From Solirubrobacterales bacterium (GTDB lineage: Bacteria; Actinomycetota; Thermoleophilia; Solirubrobacterales; 70-9), in the NCBI GenBank assembly GCA_047601885.1, contig JASGIK010000003.1, forward strand, positions 1,326,062 through 1,390,061: a stretch of 64,000 nt of DNA, in the 5' to 3' direction. The translations under genes were made by a program, and so were the position numbers. The notes under the pieces are model-generated. The model made no database searches, was not told where the DNA came from, and saw only the letters and a list, made by a program, of their open reading frames with translations. Shown here piece by piece: positions 43,054 through 57,197 of the stretch (positions are counted from its first letter, which is position 1; each line of letters starts with the position of its first letter).

Positions 43054-43770
43054 ATGTCTCCGACCTCCCCCAAGAAGCGCGAAAACAAACCCTGGCGGCG
43101 CCCCGCCAGGCGGCGGGTGCTGGCCATCCGCGATCGCCTGCGGGAGATGTACGGAATCCCCGTCAACGAGCCGAACCGGGCGCCGATCGACGAGCTGGTG
43201 CTGACGATCCTCTCCCAGCACACCAACGATCGCAACAGCCACCGCGCCTTCGGCCTGCTGCGGGAGCGCTTCCCGACCTGGGACGAGGTGCGCGACGCGC
43301 CGGTGGCCGAGCTCGAGGAGGCGATCCGGCCGGGCGGCCTGGCCCAGCAGAAGGCGCCGCGGATCCAGGCGATCCTGCGCCGGCTGGGCGAGGAGCCGAA
43401 CCTGGACTGGACCGAGACGGCGCCGATCGAGGAGTCGCGCGAGTACCTGCTCTCGCTGCCCGGGGTGGGGCGCAAAACGGCGGCCTGCGTGCTGCTCTTC
43501 AGCTGGGGACTGCCCGACATCCCGGTCGACGTCCACATCCACCGGGTGGGCGGCCGGCTCGGCCTCTTCCCGGCGAAAGCCTCGCTCGAGCGCGCCCACG
43601 ACGAGATGCTGGCGATCGTGCCGCCCGCGGACGCCTACGAGTTCCACCTCAACCTGATCCGCCACGGACGCACGCTCTGCCGCCCTAAACCGCGCTGCGG
43701 CGAGTGCGAGCTGCGGCGGATGTGCCCCTGGTACAAGGACCTTGACCGGGCCGAGGCCGCCTCTGGGTGA
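43054..43770 (+). CDS. nth: endonuclease III-family HhH-GPD DNA glycosylase
   Basis: ILSQHTND, helix-hairpin-helix LPGVGRKTAACVL, VDVHIHRV, and the four-Cys cluster CRPKPRCGECELRRMC. Confidence 0.85.
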   Translation: MSPTSPKKRENKPWRRPARRRVLAIRDRLREMYGIPVNEPNRAPIDELVLTILSQHTNDRNSHRAFGLLRERFPTWDEVRDAPVAELEEAIRPGGLAQQKAPRIQAILRRLGEEPNLDWTETAPIEESREYLLSLPGVGRKTAACVLLFSWGLPDIPVDVHIHRVGGRLGLFPAKASLERAHDEMLAIVPPADAYEFHLNLIRHGRTLCRPKPRCGECELRRMCPWYKDLDRAEAASG

Positions 43771-43800
43771 GCCGCGAAGTAGTATCCGCGCCGCCTCTCC

Positions 43801-44208
43801 ATGAAGAAGAGCACTTTCATCACTTTCGGCCTCCTGGTCTTCGTCCTCGCGGTGGTCATCCCGTGGTTGGCCTTCCGCGGCAGCGGCGATGCCAACACCG
43901 GCCACGAGAAGGTCGCGGCGCACCTGAAAACGGGCCAGACCCTGTTCGAAACGAACTGCGGCACCTGCCACACGCTCTACGCGGCGGGCACCGACGGCAA
44001 CTACGGCCCGGACCTCGACGAGCTGCTGGCCACCAGCGGCCAGGCGGAAACGCCGGAAGAGATCAAGTCGATCAAGGAACGGGTCCTGAACGCCGAGAAG
44101 GAAGGCGTCGACTCGCAGACCCCGGGCCGCATGCCCCCGGCGATCCTCAATCCCGCCCAGCAGGAAGAAGTCGCCGAATTCGTCGCCGCCACCGCCGGCG
44201 CCGGCTGA
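43801..44208 (+). CDS. membrane-anchored class I c-type cytochrome
   Basis: N-terminal TM helix; haem motif CGTCH; distal GRMPP (Met ligand region). Confidence 0.8.
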   Translation: MKKSTFITFGLLVFVLAVVIPWLAFRGSGDANTGHEKVAAHLKTGQTLFETNCGTCHTLYAAGTDGNYGPDLDELLATSGQAETPEEIKSIKERVLNAEKEGVDSQTPGRMPPAILNPAQQEEVAEFVAATAGAG

Positions 44209-44328
44209 TCCGGCTTCGCTCCTAGGGAGCGCGATCCGGACGACTTGAAGGTGCAACGGGAGACGCGCGTCTCCGATCGAAGGCGCGCGTCTCCCTCACC
44301 GACCTCCCGACCCCGATCGGCCGGATCG

Positions 44329-45513
44329 CTAGGGGTAGATCTTCAGGGTGCTGAAGAGGCCGGCGTGGTCCGAGTCCCAGAAGCCGTTCTGGGGGGACCG
44401 GCCGGTGACCGAGCTGTTGACCAGCTTCACCTGCTTCGGGTCGCGGGTCATGATGTGATCGACCTTGTGGTCGAACTGCGAGGCGGAGCCGCCGTCGCCG
44501 ACCGGCAGCAGCGCCGTGTTGAGGCAGCAGCCGAGCGGTTCGTAGGTGCTGCGTTCGCGCATCCCGGCCTTGACCAGCGTTTCATAGGCCTGGCCGTCGC
44601 CGGGCTGCACCGCGGTCTTCGTGTCGGAGTTCAGGTCGCCGACCAGGATCACCGGCAGCTTGCTCGTCGCCGGGCCGTTCGCCGCCACCAGTTCGGCCGC
44701 CTGCTGGGCGCGGATGCTGGGCACGACCGTCTGCGGGTCGAACGATTCGAGATGGGTGTCGACGAAGCGGAACGGGGTCGAGCCGTCGACCGAGACGTCG
44801 ATCGCCGCCCAGCCGCGCGTCACGGTCACCGTGGCGCCCGAGATTTCCTCGGAATAGAGGCTCTTGTAGTGGCCCTTCATCGTCTTCGTGACCTTCACGT
44901 CGGACCCGACCTTGGCCAGGATCACGTCGCGCATCGTCAGCCGGCCGTTGATCTCGGCATTGGCGATCAGCGCGTTCGGCCCGTCGCCGGCGACGCCGTT
45001 TTCGTCGGCGGGCGCTTCGAAGTCGAACTCCGGCTCGACCACCGCCGCGCGGTAGCGCTTCTTGCCCTTGTTCAGCTGCGCCAGCAGTTCCTTCAGGTAG
45101 TCGTAGCGGACCGTTTCGGCGTGCGGCTTGGTGCCGCCGAGCAGCGCTTCCAGGCTGGGCGGGCCGGTCCGCCACTCGGCCACCTCCTGCAGCCCGACCA
45201 GGTCCGGTTCCTTGCTGCGGATCTCCTTCGCCAGGCCCTTGGCCCGGACCGGGAAGTCGTTGGCGGTGACCTGGCGGAGGATCTCGCCGGTCGCCTCGGT
45301 GAACGCGCTCACCCCCTTGGCTTCGATCGCCGGCGTCAGGTCGGCGCCGAGATAGATGTTGCGGGTCATCACCTTGACCTCGGTCGGCTTCGACTTGCTC
45401 GCCTGCGGCTTCGCCGCGGCGCCGAACGGGGCGATCAGCAGCGTCGACCCGAGCAGCGCCAGGCCGAGCAGCACCGGCGCGACGAGGCGCGGGCGCGGAT
45501 GGGCGTGGATCAA
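44329..45513 (-). CDS. secreted endonuclease/exonuclease/phosphatase (EEP) family protein
   Basis: Signal peptide; VMTRNIYLG, DLVGLQEV, VGDLNSD, SDHAGLF. TTG start with GGAGGAG 5 nt upstream. Confidence 0.8.
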   Translation of the reverse strand: MIHAHPRPRLVAPVLLGLALLGSTLLIAPFGAAAKPQASKSKPTEVKVMTRNIYLGADLTPAIEAKGVSAFTEATGEILRQVTANDFPVRAKGLAKEIRSKEPDLVGLQEVAEWRTGPPSLEALLGGTKPHAETVRYDYLKELLAQLNKGKKRYRAAVVEPEFDFEAPADENGVAGDGPNALIANAEINGRLTMRDVILAKVGSDVKVTKTMKGHYKSLYSEEISGATVTVTRGWAAIDVSVDGSTPFRFVDTHLESFDPQTVVPSIRAQQAAELVAANGPATSKLPVILVGDLNSDTKTAVQPGDGQAYETLVKAGMRERSTYEPLGCCLNTALLPVGDGGSASQFDHKVDHIMTRDPKQVKLVNSSVTGRSPQNGFWDSDHAGLFSTLKIYP

Positions 45514-45596
45514 GACATCTCCTCCAATTGTCGATGGCCCTGCCGGACCAATTTGCGAGGCCCTCCCGCCTCGTTGCCCACTTCCAACCTACTCGC

Positions 45597-45635
45597 GTTC
45601 GCACTTTCCCGCGCTATTCGCGGTCAAGTGCGAAC
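45597..45635. repeat. two-tier hairpin repeat (REP-like), copy upstream of the dnaK promoter
   Basis: gttcgcact-ttc-ccgcg-ctatt-cgcgg-tca-agtgcgaac. Confidence 0.7.
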
Positions 45636-45650
45636 TCACCGGGTGGGGGC

Positions 45651-45679
45651 TTGAGACCTCGCGAGAAATCTGCCATACT
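45651..45679 (+). promoter_or_regulatory. candidate sigma-70-type dnaK promoter
   Basis: TTGAGA (45651-45656), 17-nt spacer, CATACT (45674-45679). Overlapped by the inverted repeat AGAAATCT-N15-AGATTTCT (45664-45694). Confidence 0.45.
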
Positions 45680-45733
45680 GCCACTTAGATTTCTTAGGCT
45701 TAGACAACGAAACCCCTGGAGGGAGCAGCAAAA

Positions 45734-47629
<1,896 letters not shown>

Positions 47630-48253
47630 ATGACCGAGCGGCCCGAGTACTCGCCCGGCATGCCCGGACGCGAAGCGGAGGACATGCCGGTTGATGCGAG
47701 CCAGTCCTCACCCGATCCCGATCGCAATCTGACTCCTTCGGGAGCGGGTGAGGACCGAGGTGCCGCGGACGGAGGTGCGGTCGAGCAAGACCTGGCCGCC
47801 CTCCTGACCGAGGCCGAGGCCAAACGGGACGAGTACCTCGAACTGGCCCGCCGGGCGCAGGCCGACTTCGAGAACTACCGCAAGCGGATGGCGGCGGAGG
47901 TCCAGGCCGCGGCGCTGCGGGGGAAGGTCGAGGTGGCGCGGGGCGTCGTCGGAGTGCTCGACGACCTCGAGCGCGCCCTGGAGGCCGCCGGGCTCGACCC
48001 GGAGGGCGACTCCGAGGACGCGCTCGCCCACGGCGTGCTGCTCGTCTTCCGCAACCTGCGGGAGACGCTCGGCCGCAGCGGGGTCGAGGTCGTCGACCCG
48101 CAGGGCGAGAAGTTCGACCCGAACTTCGCCGAAGCGCTCTCGACCGTCCAGGTCGAGGGCACCGAGGCGGGCGTCGTGGTCCAGGTGATGCAGAAGGGCT
48201 ACCGGTTCGAGGGGCAGCTGATCCGCCCCGCGATGGTCGTGGTGGCCGCTTAA
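47630..48253 (+). CDS. grpE: nucleotide exchange factor GrpE
   Basis: Position after dnaK; [12 protein letters not shown] and the C-terminal beta domain pattern. Confidence 0.9.
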   Translation: MTERPEYSPGMPGREAEDMPVDASQSSPDPDRNLTPSGAGEDRGAADGGAVEQDLAALLTEAEAKRDEYLELARRAQADFENYRKRMAAEVQAAALRGKVEVARGVVGVLDDLERALEAAGLDPEGDSEDALAHGVLLVFRNLRETLGRSGVEVVDPQGEKFDPNFAEALSTVQVEGTEAGVVVQVMQKGYRFEGQLIRPAMVVVAA

Positions 48254-48272
48254 GGAAGAGAAGACGAGAGAA

Positions 48273-49400
48273 GTGGCAGACGAGCTCTACAAGACCCTCG
48301 GCGTCAAGAAGGACGCGAGCGAGGACGAGATCAAGAAGGCGTACCGGAAACTGGCGCGCCAGTACCACCCTGACCGCAACCCCGGCGACAAAGAGGCCGA
48401 GGAAAAGTTCAAGGAGATCTCGGCCGCGCACGACGTCCTCGGCGATCCCGAGAAACGCAAGGAGTACGACGCGGGCCCGGCCTTCGGCGGCTTCGGCGGC
48501 GGCCAAGGTGGCCCGTTCGGCGGCGGCAACCCCTTCGGCGGGGGCGGCGGCGCCCAGCAGGGCAGCTTCGGCGCCGACCTCGGCGACATCTTCTCCGGCA
48601 TCTTCAACCGCGGCGGCGGCCGCGCCCAGAGTCGGCAGGTGCGCGGTCGCGACCTCGAGACCGAGGTCCACCTCAACTTCGACCAGGCGATCGACGGGAC
48701 CCAGATCAGCGTCACCGTGCCGAAGCAGGAACGCTGCGAGACCTGCCACGGCTCCGGCGCCGCTCCGGGCACCTCGCCGATCACCTGCCCGCGCTGCGAA
48801 GGCCGCGGCATCGATCCGCAGAACCAGGGCTTCTTCTCGATCTCCCAGCCCTGCCCCCAGTGCGGCGGCAGCGGCGAGATCATCGAGACCCCCTGCCCCA
48901 CCTGCGGCGGCTCCGGCACCACCCAGCAGAGCAAGCGCTACAAGGTCAACGTCCCGGCCGGGGTCAAGGACGGCACCCGGATCCGGCTCGCCGGCAAAGG
49001 CGAGGCGGGGCCGCGCGGCGGCCCGAACGGCGACCTCTACGTGACCACGAAGGTGACCGCGTCGCCGGTCTTCCGCCGGCTCGACGACGGCAACCTCGAG
49101 GTGACGGTGCCGATCTCGATCCCCGAGGCGGTGCGCGGCGGCACGATCGAGGTGCCGGTCCTGCACGGCACGAAGAAGATCAAGATCGCGCCGGGGACCA
49201 AGCACGGGGCGATCCAGCGCCTGCGCGGCGAGGGCGCCCCGAAGGGCAAAGGCAAGGGCAACGGCGACATCCGCTACCGGCTCGAGATCGAGGTCCCGAA
49301 AGACTTGGACGAGGAGCAGCGCAAGGCCATCGACGAGCTGGCCACGGCGCTGAACGGGCACGACCCGCGGGCCGAGCTGCTGCGCAAGGCGGGTGCCTGA
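48273..49400 (+). CDS. dnaJ: chaperone DnaJ (type I)
   Basis: J domain with HPD, G/F-rich linker, four CxxCxGxG zinc-finger repeats. Confidence 0.95.
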   Translation: MADELYKTLGVKKDASEDEIKKAYRKLARQYHPDRNPGDKEAEEKFKEISAAHDVLGDPEKRKEYDAGPAFGGFGGGQGGPFGGGNPFGGGGGAQQGSFGADLGDIFSGIFNRGGGRAQSRQVRGRDLETEVHLNFDQAIDGTQISVTVPKQERCETCHGSGAAPGTSPITCPRCEGRGIDPQNQGFFSISQPCPQCGGSGEIIETPCPTCGGSGTTQQSKRYKVNVPAGVKDGTRIRLAGKGEAGPRGGPNGDLYVTTKVTASPVFRRLDDGNLEVTVPISIPEAVRGGTIEVPVLHGTKKIKIAPGTKHGAIQRLRGEGAPKGKGKGNGDIRYRLEIEVPKDLDEEQRKAIDELATALNGHDPRAELLRKAGA

Positions 49401-49723
49401 TGGCCACCTACCGCCGCCACGAAGTGAAGGCGACCTTCGACGACGAGCAGGGGGTCTTCATGATCTCGGTCGCCGCCGAACTCGCCGAGATGCACCCGCA
49501 GACGCTGCGGATGTACGAGACGCGCGGGCTGATCGCGCCGAAGCGATCGCCGAAAAACACCCGCCTCTACAGCCGCCGCGACGTCGAACGGCTGCGCCGC
49601 ATCCAGGAAATGACCGCGCAGGGGCTGAACCTGGTCGGCGTCGAGACGGTGCTGGCGCTGGAAGAGCAGGTGCAGAAGCTGAAAGAGAGAGTGAGAGAGC
49701 TGGAAGGTCGGAAAGAGGTCTAG
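49400..49723 (+). CDS. hspR: MerR-family heat-shock repressor HspR
   Basis: [48 protein letters not shown]; position after dnaJ; ATGA overlap. Confidence 0.85.
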   Translation: MATYRRHEVKATFDDEQGVFMISVAAELAEMHPQTLRMYETRGLIAPKRSPKNTRLYSRRDVERLRRIQEMTAQGLNLVGVETVLALEEQVQKLKERVRELEGRKEV

Positions 49724-52315
<2,592 letters not shown>

Positions 52316-52363
52316 CGTCCACGGCCGCGTGCTTCGCGGCCGCCGCGGCCGTCCGAGGTGCGT

Positions 52364-52417
52364 CCCGGGCGTCTCGTGGCGGCCCGGGCAGGCTGTGGCC
52401 GCCACGAGACGCCCGGG
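52364..52417 (+). terminator. long GC hairpin (21-bp arms, 12-nt loop) downstream of clpB
   Basis: cccgggcgtctcgtggcggcc / ggccgccacgagacgcccggg with loop cgggcaggctgt. Confidence 0.55.
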
Positions 52418-52430
52418 ACGTGAGGGTCCC

Positions 52431-52664
52431 CGCAGGAAAGGTCACACGGACGTGAGGGAGATGTCGGGCACGTCACCCTTCCTCATGCTCCCGTGACGGG
52501 TTCGGAGGCCGGCCGAAGGTGAGTTCGCACTTTCGCTCGCTATGCGAGCAGAACTGCGAACGCACCAGGGGGAGGCATGGGGAAGACGGGAGGAAGCGTC
52601 GACTTCCCCCGCTCCTCGTCACGGATCCCGGGAGTTCGTGACGGATCACGCACCTCTCCCCGAC
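52431..52664. repeat. 234-nt structured intergenic repeat, copy B
   Basis: Collinear with 7484-7717; contains the two-tier hairpin at 52521-52563. Confidence 0.8.
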
Positions 52665-52793
52665 CCCAGTTCTGCCGTAACAGATACGTAAAAGTGCTGA
52701 GAGTCCGCGGGTTGGGGCTCTCACACTTAAAAAACCCCGCTCTGATGCCGAAACTTCTACTCGGACGTGCGCTTACACTCATTGAAGAAGAAG

Positions 52794-53849
52794 ATGGAGG
52801 AGCGCGATCAGCAGCGGCAGGCGATCGACGCGAGTCCCGGGGCATCCGGACGCCCGCGGGCCGGCGTCGGCAGGGCTCGTGACGGCCTCGAGCGGGGTCG
52901 GCTCCTCGTCGAGGACGCCGCCTGGTTCCTGCGCGAGAAGGTCCTCTGGCCGGCGCGTGACGGGGTCGACGAGGCGGGCGAGCGCGTCCACGACGGCTTC
53001 GTCGGGCTGGGGACGCGCGGGCGGATCGGCGTCTTCGGCGGCGGCGCGGTGGCGCTGGGCGCGATCGTCGCCGCGATCGCGATCGGCACCGGCGGCTCCG
53101 GGTCGGGCGGCGGGACGACCGAGGCGCTGATCGTCCGCAAGGCCGCGGTGACGAAGGCGGCCGTCGCCCCGACCGCGAAGCCGAAGAAGAAGGCCTCCTC
53201 GAAGCCGAGCGGCCCGACCCTGCACGGCGCCGCGCCCGACTTCTCCGCCGCCAAGGACGTGAAGGCCGGCGTCGGCCCCGGCAAGGCGGTCGGCGAAGAA
53301 CCGGCCTCGGGCTCGAGCGACGACGAAGCTCCGGCCGCGCGCGGCTCCTCCGCCGGTGCCGGCGACGCGCCCGCCTCGAGCGCGAAGATCGGCTCGACCC
53401 CGCAGGCGAGCGCCTCCGCCCAGACCCAGGAGGAAACGCTCTCCAAGAAGTCCTCCGGCGTCGGCCTCGCGGAAAACGAAACGAACGGCGAAGGCGACTC
53501 CGCGGTCAGCGGCCCGGCCGCGCCGAAAGCCGCCAAGCAGACCGCCCGCCGCTTCGCCGAAGCCTTCGTCCTCTACGAGGTCGGCGGCGTCGAAGGCAAG
53601 GTCCGCCGCGCCTTCCACCACACCTCGACCAAACAGCTCTCGCGCGCCCTCCTGCGTCGGCCGCCGCGCCAGCCCGCCGACGTCAAGGTGCCGCAGGCGA
53701 AGGTCGTCAACGTCGTCGCGAGCCCCTCCCATGACGGCGTCTACCCGGTCAGCGTCTCCCTGCTGCGGGTCGGCGTGACCAGCGAGCTGCGCCTGCAGCT
53801 CGAACAGGGTGCCGACGGCAGATGGCAAGTCACCGACGTCCTCGGCTGA
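52794..53849 (+). CDS. hypothetical membrane-anchored protein with long low-complexity linker
   Basis: One TM helix (IGVFGGGAVALGAIVAAIAIG), an Ala/Ser/Lys-rich linker, and a C-terminal globular segment of about 110 aa. Start uncertain (ATG 52794 or GTG 52767). Confidence 0.45.
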   Translation: MEERDQQRQAIDASPGASGRPRAGVGRARDGLERGRLLVEDAAWFLREKVLWPARDGVDEAGERVHDGFVGLGTRGRIGVFGGGAVALGAIVAAIAIGTGGSGSGGGTTEALIVRKAAVTKAAVAPTAKPKKKASSKPSGPTLHGAAPDFSAAKDVKAGVGPGKAVGEEPASGSSDDEAPAARGSSAGAGDAPASSAKIGSTPQASASAQTQEETLSKKSSGVGLAENETNGEGDSAVSGPAAPKAAKQTARRFAEAFVLYEVGGVEGKVRRAFHHTSTKQLSRALLRRPPRQPADVKVPQAKVVNVVASPSHDGVYPVSVSLLRVGVTSELRLQLEQGADGRWQVTDVLG

Positions 53850-55564
53850 TGCCCGCCCACCCGCGCAAGCTCCGCGCCGCGGCCGCGGCCACCGTCATCA
53901 CCGCCGCCCTCGCCCTGCCGATCGGCGTCGCCGCGGCGGCGGAAAACGGCAAGGCGGTCGAAGGCGAAGCGCTGGCGCCGGCGACGGAAAGCGCGGGCGC
54001 GGCGAAGGAAGCCGGGTCGGCGACGGGCGAAAGCTCCGGCGTCACCGAAAACTCGCCGCTGACCCCGGAAGCGGTCCGCCACCCGAAGCTCCCGGCGGCG
54101 ACCGGCGGCACCGAAGCCGAAGAACCGAGCGAAGCCGAAGAAGAACTGGAAAGCGCGGAATCCGAACAGGAAGCCGACGAAGCGGCCGAAAAGATCGCCG
54201 AAGAAAGCGGCGACAAGGCGGCGCCGACCCTCCAGATCCCTTCCCTCAGCGCCTCCGCCTGCGCGGCCAGCGCCGTCCCCAAGCAGCTGATCCCGATCTA
54301 CCAGGCCGCCTCGGCCAGGTACGGGCTCGGCTCCCAGGGCGCCGCGATCCTGGCCGGCATCAACGCGGTGGAGACGAACTTCGGCACCAACCTCGGTCCC
54401 TCCTCGGCGGGCGCCGAGGGCTGGATGCAGTTCATGCCCTCGACCTGGGCCGAATGGGGCGTCGACGCCAACGGCGACGGGGTCGCCGACCCGGACAACC
54501 CCGAAGACGCGATCTACGCCGCCGCCCGTTACCTCGCCGCCGCCGGCATGCCCGCCGACACCTACGGCGCAATCTACGCCTACAACCACGCCGACTGGTA
54601 CGTCTCCGAGGTCCTTGCCGACGCCGGCTGCTACGCCACCGAAGTCGGCGACACCTCCTTCACCGCCGCCGGCCTCACGCCGCAGATCGAAGTGCTGAGG
54701 TGCGAAGCGGCGCCGGGCTGGAAAAAGCAGATCCCGGCCGAATACCTGGAAGCCTTCGAGGCCGCCGCGGCCCGTTACGAACTGGGCAAGCGCGGGGTCT
54801 GGGCGCTGGCCGCGATCGCCCGCCTCGAGTCCAACTTCGGCAAGGGGATGACCAAGAAGGAGCTCGAGGAAACCGGCCCGCTCGGGCTCGAAGCGAGCGA
54901 GTGGAAGGACTACCGCGTCGACGGCGACGACGACGGCCACATCGAACACGCCGACATCTTCGACTCGGCGATGACCCTGGCGCGCGAGATCTGGTCGAAG
55001 GGCTCGCTCGAAGCCGGCGTCTTCGCCCACAACCAGGCCGAGTGGTACGTCGAGGAGGTCATGCAGGAGGCCGAAGAAATCGAAGGCGGCTGCAAGACCC
55101 ACTACGTCGACTGGCGCGTCGCCCCGCTGGCCGCCGAAACGACGGTCAGCGGCGCCGAAGCGGTGATCCAGCCGAACGGCCTCGCCGCCGCGCCGGCGAG
55201 CGCCCCCGCCGCGGTGAAGGCCGCGATCGCCGCCGCCAACTCGATCGCCACCACCCCTTATGTATGGGGCGGCGGCCACGCCAGCTTCTACTCCTACGGC
55301 TACGACTGCTCCGGCGCGGTCAGCTTCGCCCTCTACGGCGCCGGGCTGCTCGACACGCCGCTCACCTCAGGCTCGCTGGAGAGCTACGGCGAACCCGGCC
55401 CGGGCAAGTGGATCACGATCTACGCCAACGCCGAACACACCTACATGGTGATCGCCGGCCTGCGCTGGGACACCGTCGGCGACGCCGAAGGCACCGGCCC
55501 GCGCTGGCACGCCGAACCCCCCTACCCGGAAGGGTTCGTGGTCCGGCACCCCGCCGGGTACTGA
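53849..55564 (+). CDS. secreted cell-wall hydrolase: two lytic-transglycosylase-like domains + C-terminal NlpC/P60 peptidase
   Basis: Signal peptide. AVETNFG...GWMQFMPSTW and a second ARLESNFG copy. C-terminal YVWGGGH...GYDCSGAVSF. ATGA overlap with the upstream gene. Confidence 0.8.
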   Translation: MPAHPRKLRAAAAATVITAALALPIGVAAAAENGKAVEGEALAPATESAGAAKEAGSATGESSGVTENSPLTPEAVRHPKLPAATGGTEAEEPSEAEEELESAESEQEADEAAEKIAEESGDKAAPTLQIPSLSASACAASAVPKQLIPIYQAASARYGLGSQGAAILAGINAVETNFGTNLGPSSAGAEGWMQFMPSTWAEWGVDANGDGVADPDNPEDAIYAAARYLAAAGMPADTYGAIYAYNHADWYVSEVLADAGCYATEVGDTSFTAAGLTPQIEVLRCEAAPGWKKQIPAEYLEAFEAAAARYELGKRGVWALAAIARLESNFGKGMTKKELEETGPLGLEASEWKDYRVDGDDDGHIEHADIFDSAMTLAREIWSKGSLEAGVFAHNQAEWYVEEVMQEAEEIEGGCKTHYVDWRVAPLAAETTVSGAEAVIQPNGLAAAPASAPAAVKAAIAAANSIATTPYVWGGGHASFYSYGYDCSGAVSFALYGAGLLDTPLTSGSLESYGEPGPGKWITIYANAEHTYMVIAGLRWDTVGDAEGTGPRWHAEPPYPEGFVVRHPAGY

Positions 55565-55638
55565 GCGCCGCGCCGGCCGGGTACCGGCACCTTCGGCAAG
55601 GCCCTCGACGGGGGGTTAGGATTGAGCGGGAGGAAACG

Positions 55639-55920
55639 ATGACGACTTACCTGATGCTGACCAACTTGACCGCCGAGGGGCTGCGCACCCTGAAGAACAA
55701 CCCCGGCCGGGTGACCGAGGTGAACAAAGAGGTCGAACAGATGGGCGGCAGCGTCGTCGCCCAGTACGCGACGCTCGGCGACTACGACTTCGTCACCGTG
55801 ATCGAGGCGCCCGACGAGAAGACGATGGCGAAAATCTCGGTCGAGCTCGGCTCGCGCGGAACGATGACCAGCAGGACGCTCACCGCGATGTCGGCGAGCG
55901 AGCTCTCGGACTCCATTTGA
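55639..55920 (+). CDS. GYD-domain protein
   Basis: 93 aa; [17 protein letters not shown] pattern; GGGAGGAAA upstream. Confidence 0.65.
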   Translation: MTTYLMLTNLTAEGLRTLKNNPGRVTEVNKEVEQMGGSVVAQYATLGDYDFVTVIEAPDEKTMAKISVELGSRGTMTSRTLTAMSASELSDSI

Positions 55921-57197
55921 GGGCGCTCGTCGTCGGCAGCGGCGGTCGCGAGCACGCGATCGTGCGGGCGTTGGCGCGCTCCGCCGCGGCGCCGGAGATC
56001 CTCTGCGCGCCCGGCAACGCCGGGATCGCCGCCGACGCCGAGGTCTTCCCCGACGTCGGCGCCGAAGACGTCGGCGCGATCGTCGACCTGGCGACCGGGC
56101 GCGGCGTCGACCTGGCGGTGATCGGCCCCGAGGCGGCGCTGGTGCTCGGCGTCGTCGACGCGCTCGAGGCGGCCGGGATCCCCGCCTTCGGCCCGACCAG
56201 GGCGGCGGCCGAGCTGGAGGGGTCGAAGGCCTTCGCCAAGGAGCTGATGAGGGAGGCCGGGGTGCCGACCGCGGCCCACGTCCTGCTGCGCACCCACGAG
56301 GAGGCGGTCGCGGCGCTGGCGCAGACCGCGTACCCGACCGTGCTGAAGGCCGACGGCCTCGCCGCGGGCAAGGGCGTGATCCTCCCCGCCGACGAGGCCG
56401 AGGCGCGGGCGGCGCTCGACGTCTACTTCACCGAGCGCCGCTTCGGCGCCACCGCGGTGGTGATGGAGGAGTTCCTCGAAGGCGAAGAGCTCTCGCTGCT
56501 GGCGCTCTGCGACGGCGAGAACGTGGTCCCCCTCTCCCCCGCCCAGGACTACAAGCGGATCTTCGACGACGACGAGGGGCCGAACACCGGCGGCATGGGC
56601 AGCTACTCGCCGGTGCCGGGCTTCGGCGCGGTCGAGGTCGAGGAGATCGTCGAGCGCGTCCACCGGCCGGTGATCGCGGCGATGGCCGCCCGCGGCACGC
56701 CCTTCCACGGCGTCCTCTACGCCGGGCTGATGATCAGCGCCGACGGCCCCAAGGTGATCGAGTTCAACGCCCGCTTCGGCGACCCCGAGACGCAGGCGGT
56801 GCTGCCGCGGCTGCGCTCCGACGTCGTCGACCTCTTCCGCGCCGCGCGCGAGCCCGGCGGCCTCGCCGGGATGAGCGCCGAGTTCGACGACGACTGGGCG
56901 GTGACCGTGGTGCTCGCCTCGGCGGGCTACCCGGAGGGCTCCTCCAAGGGCGACGTGATCCGCGGCCTGGCCGAGGCGGCGGCGCTCGCCGAGATCACCC
57001 ACGCGGGCACCGCCGCGGCCGACGGCGAGATCGTCACCGCCGGCGGTCGCGTCCTCAACGTCACCGGGCTCGGCCCCGACCCCGCCGCGGCCCGCGATCG
57101 CGCCTACGAGGCGGCGAGCCGGATCTCCTTCGACGGGATGCAGGTCCGTCGCGACATCGCCGCCCGCGCCGTCGCCCGAGTCGAGCCGCGCGCATGA
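55917..57197 (+). CDS. purD: phosphoribosylamine--glycine ligase
   Basis: [13 protein letters not shown]-grasp layout, [13 protein letters not shown] start overlapping the upstream stop. Confidence 0.9.
   Translation: MRALVVGSGGREHAIVRALARSAAAPEILCAPGNAGIAADAEVFPDVGAEDVGAIVDLATGRGVDLAVIGPEAALVLGVVDALEAAGIPAFGPTRAAAELEGSKAFAKELMREAGVPTAAHVLLRTHEEAVAALAQTAYPTVLKADGLAAGKGVILPADEAEARAALDVYFTERRFGATAVVMEEFLEGEELSLLALCDGENVVPLSPAQDYKRIFDDDEGPNTGGMGSYSPVPGFGAVEVEEIVERVHRPVIAAMAARGTPFHGVLYAGLMISADGPKVIEFNARFGDPETQAVLPRLRSDVVDLFRAAREPGGLAGMSAEFDDDWAVTVVLASAGYPEGSSKGDVIRGLAEAAALAEITHAGTAAADGEIVTAGGRVLNVTGLGPDPAAARDRAYEAASRISFDGMQVRRDIAARAVARVEPRA

Noticed and set aside
42217-44256. 679-aa ORF extending the PAP2-like gene upstream across nth and the cytochrome c gene.
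   Set aside because: The upstream ~410 aa are antisense to well-supported plus-strand genes and are low complexity. A hydrophobic membrane-protein sequence begins only at about 43011-43035.
45640-45700. Canonical HspR HAIR operator (CTTGAGT-N7-ACTCAAG) upstream of dnaK.
   Set aside because: Only the left half-site (CTTGAGA) is present. The position where the right half should be reads AGAAATC. Reported instead as a different inverted repeat.
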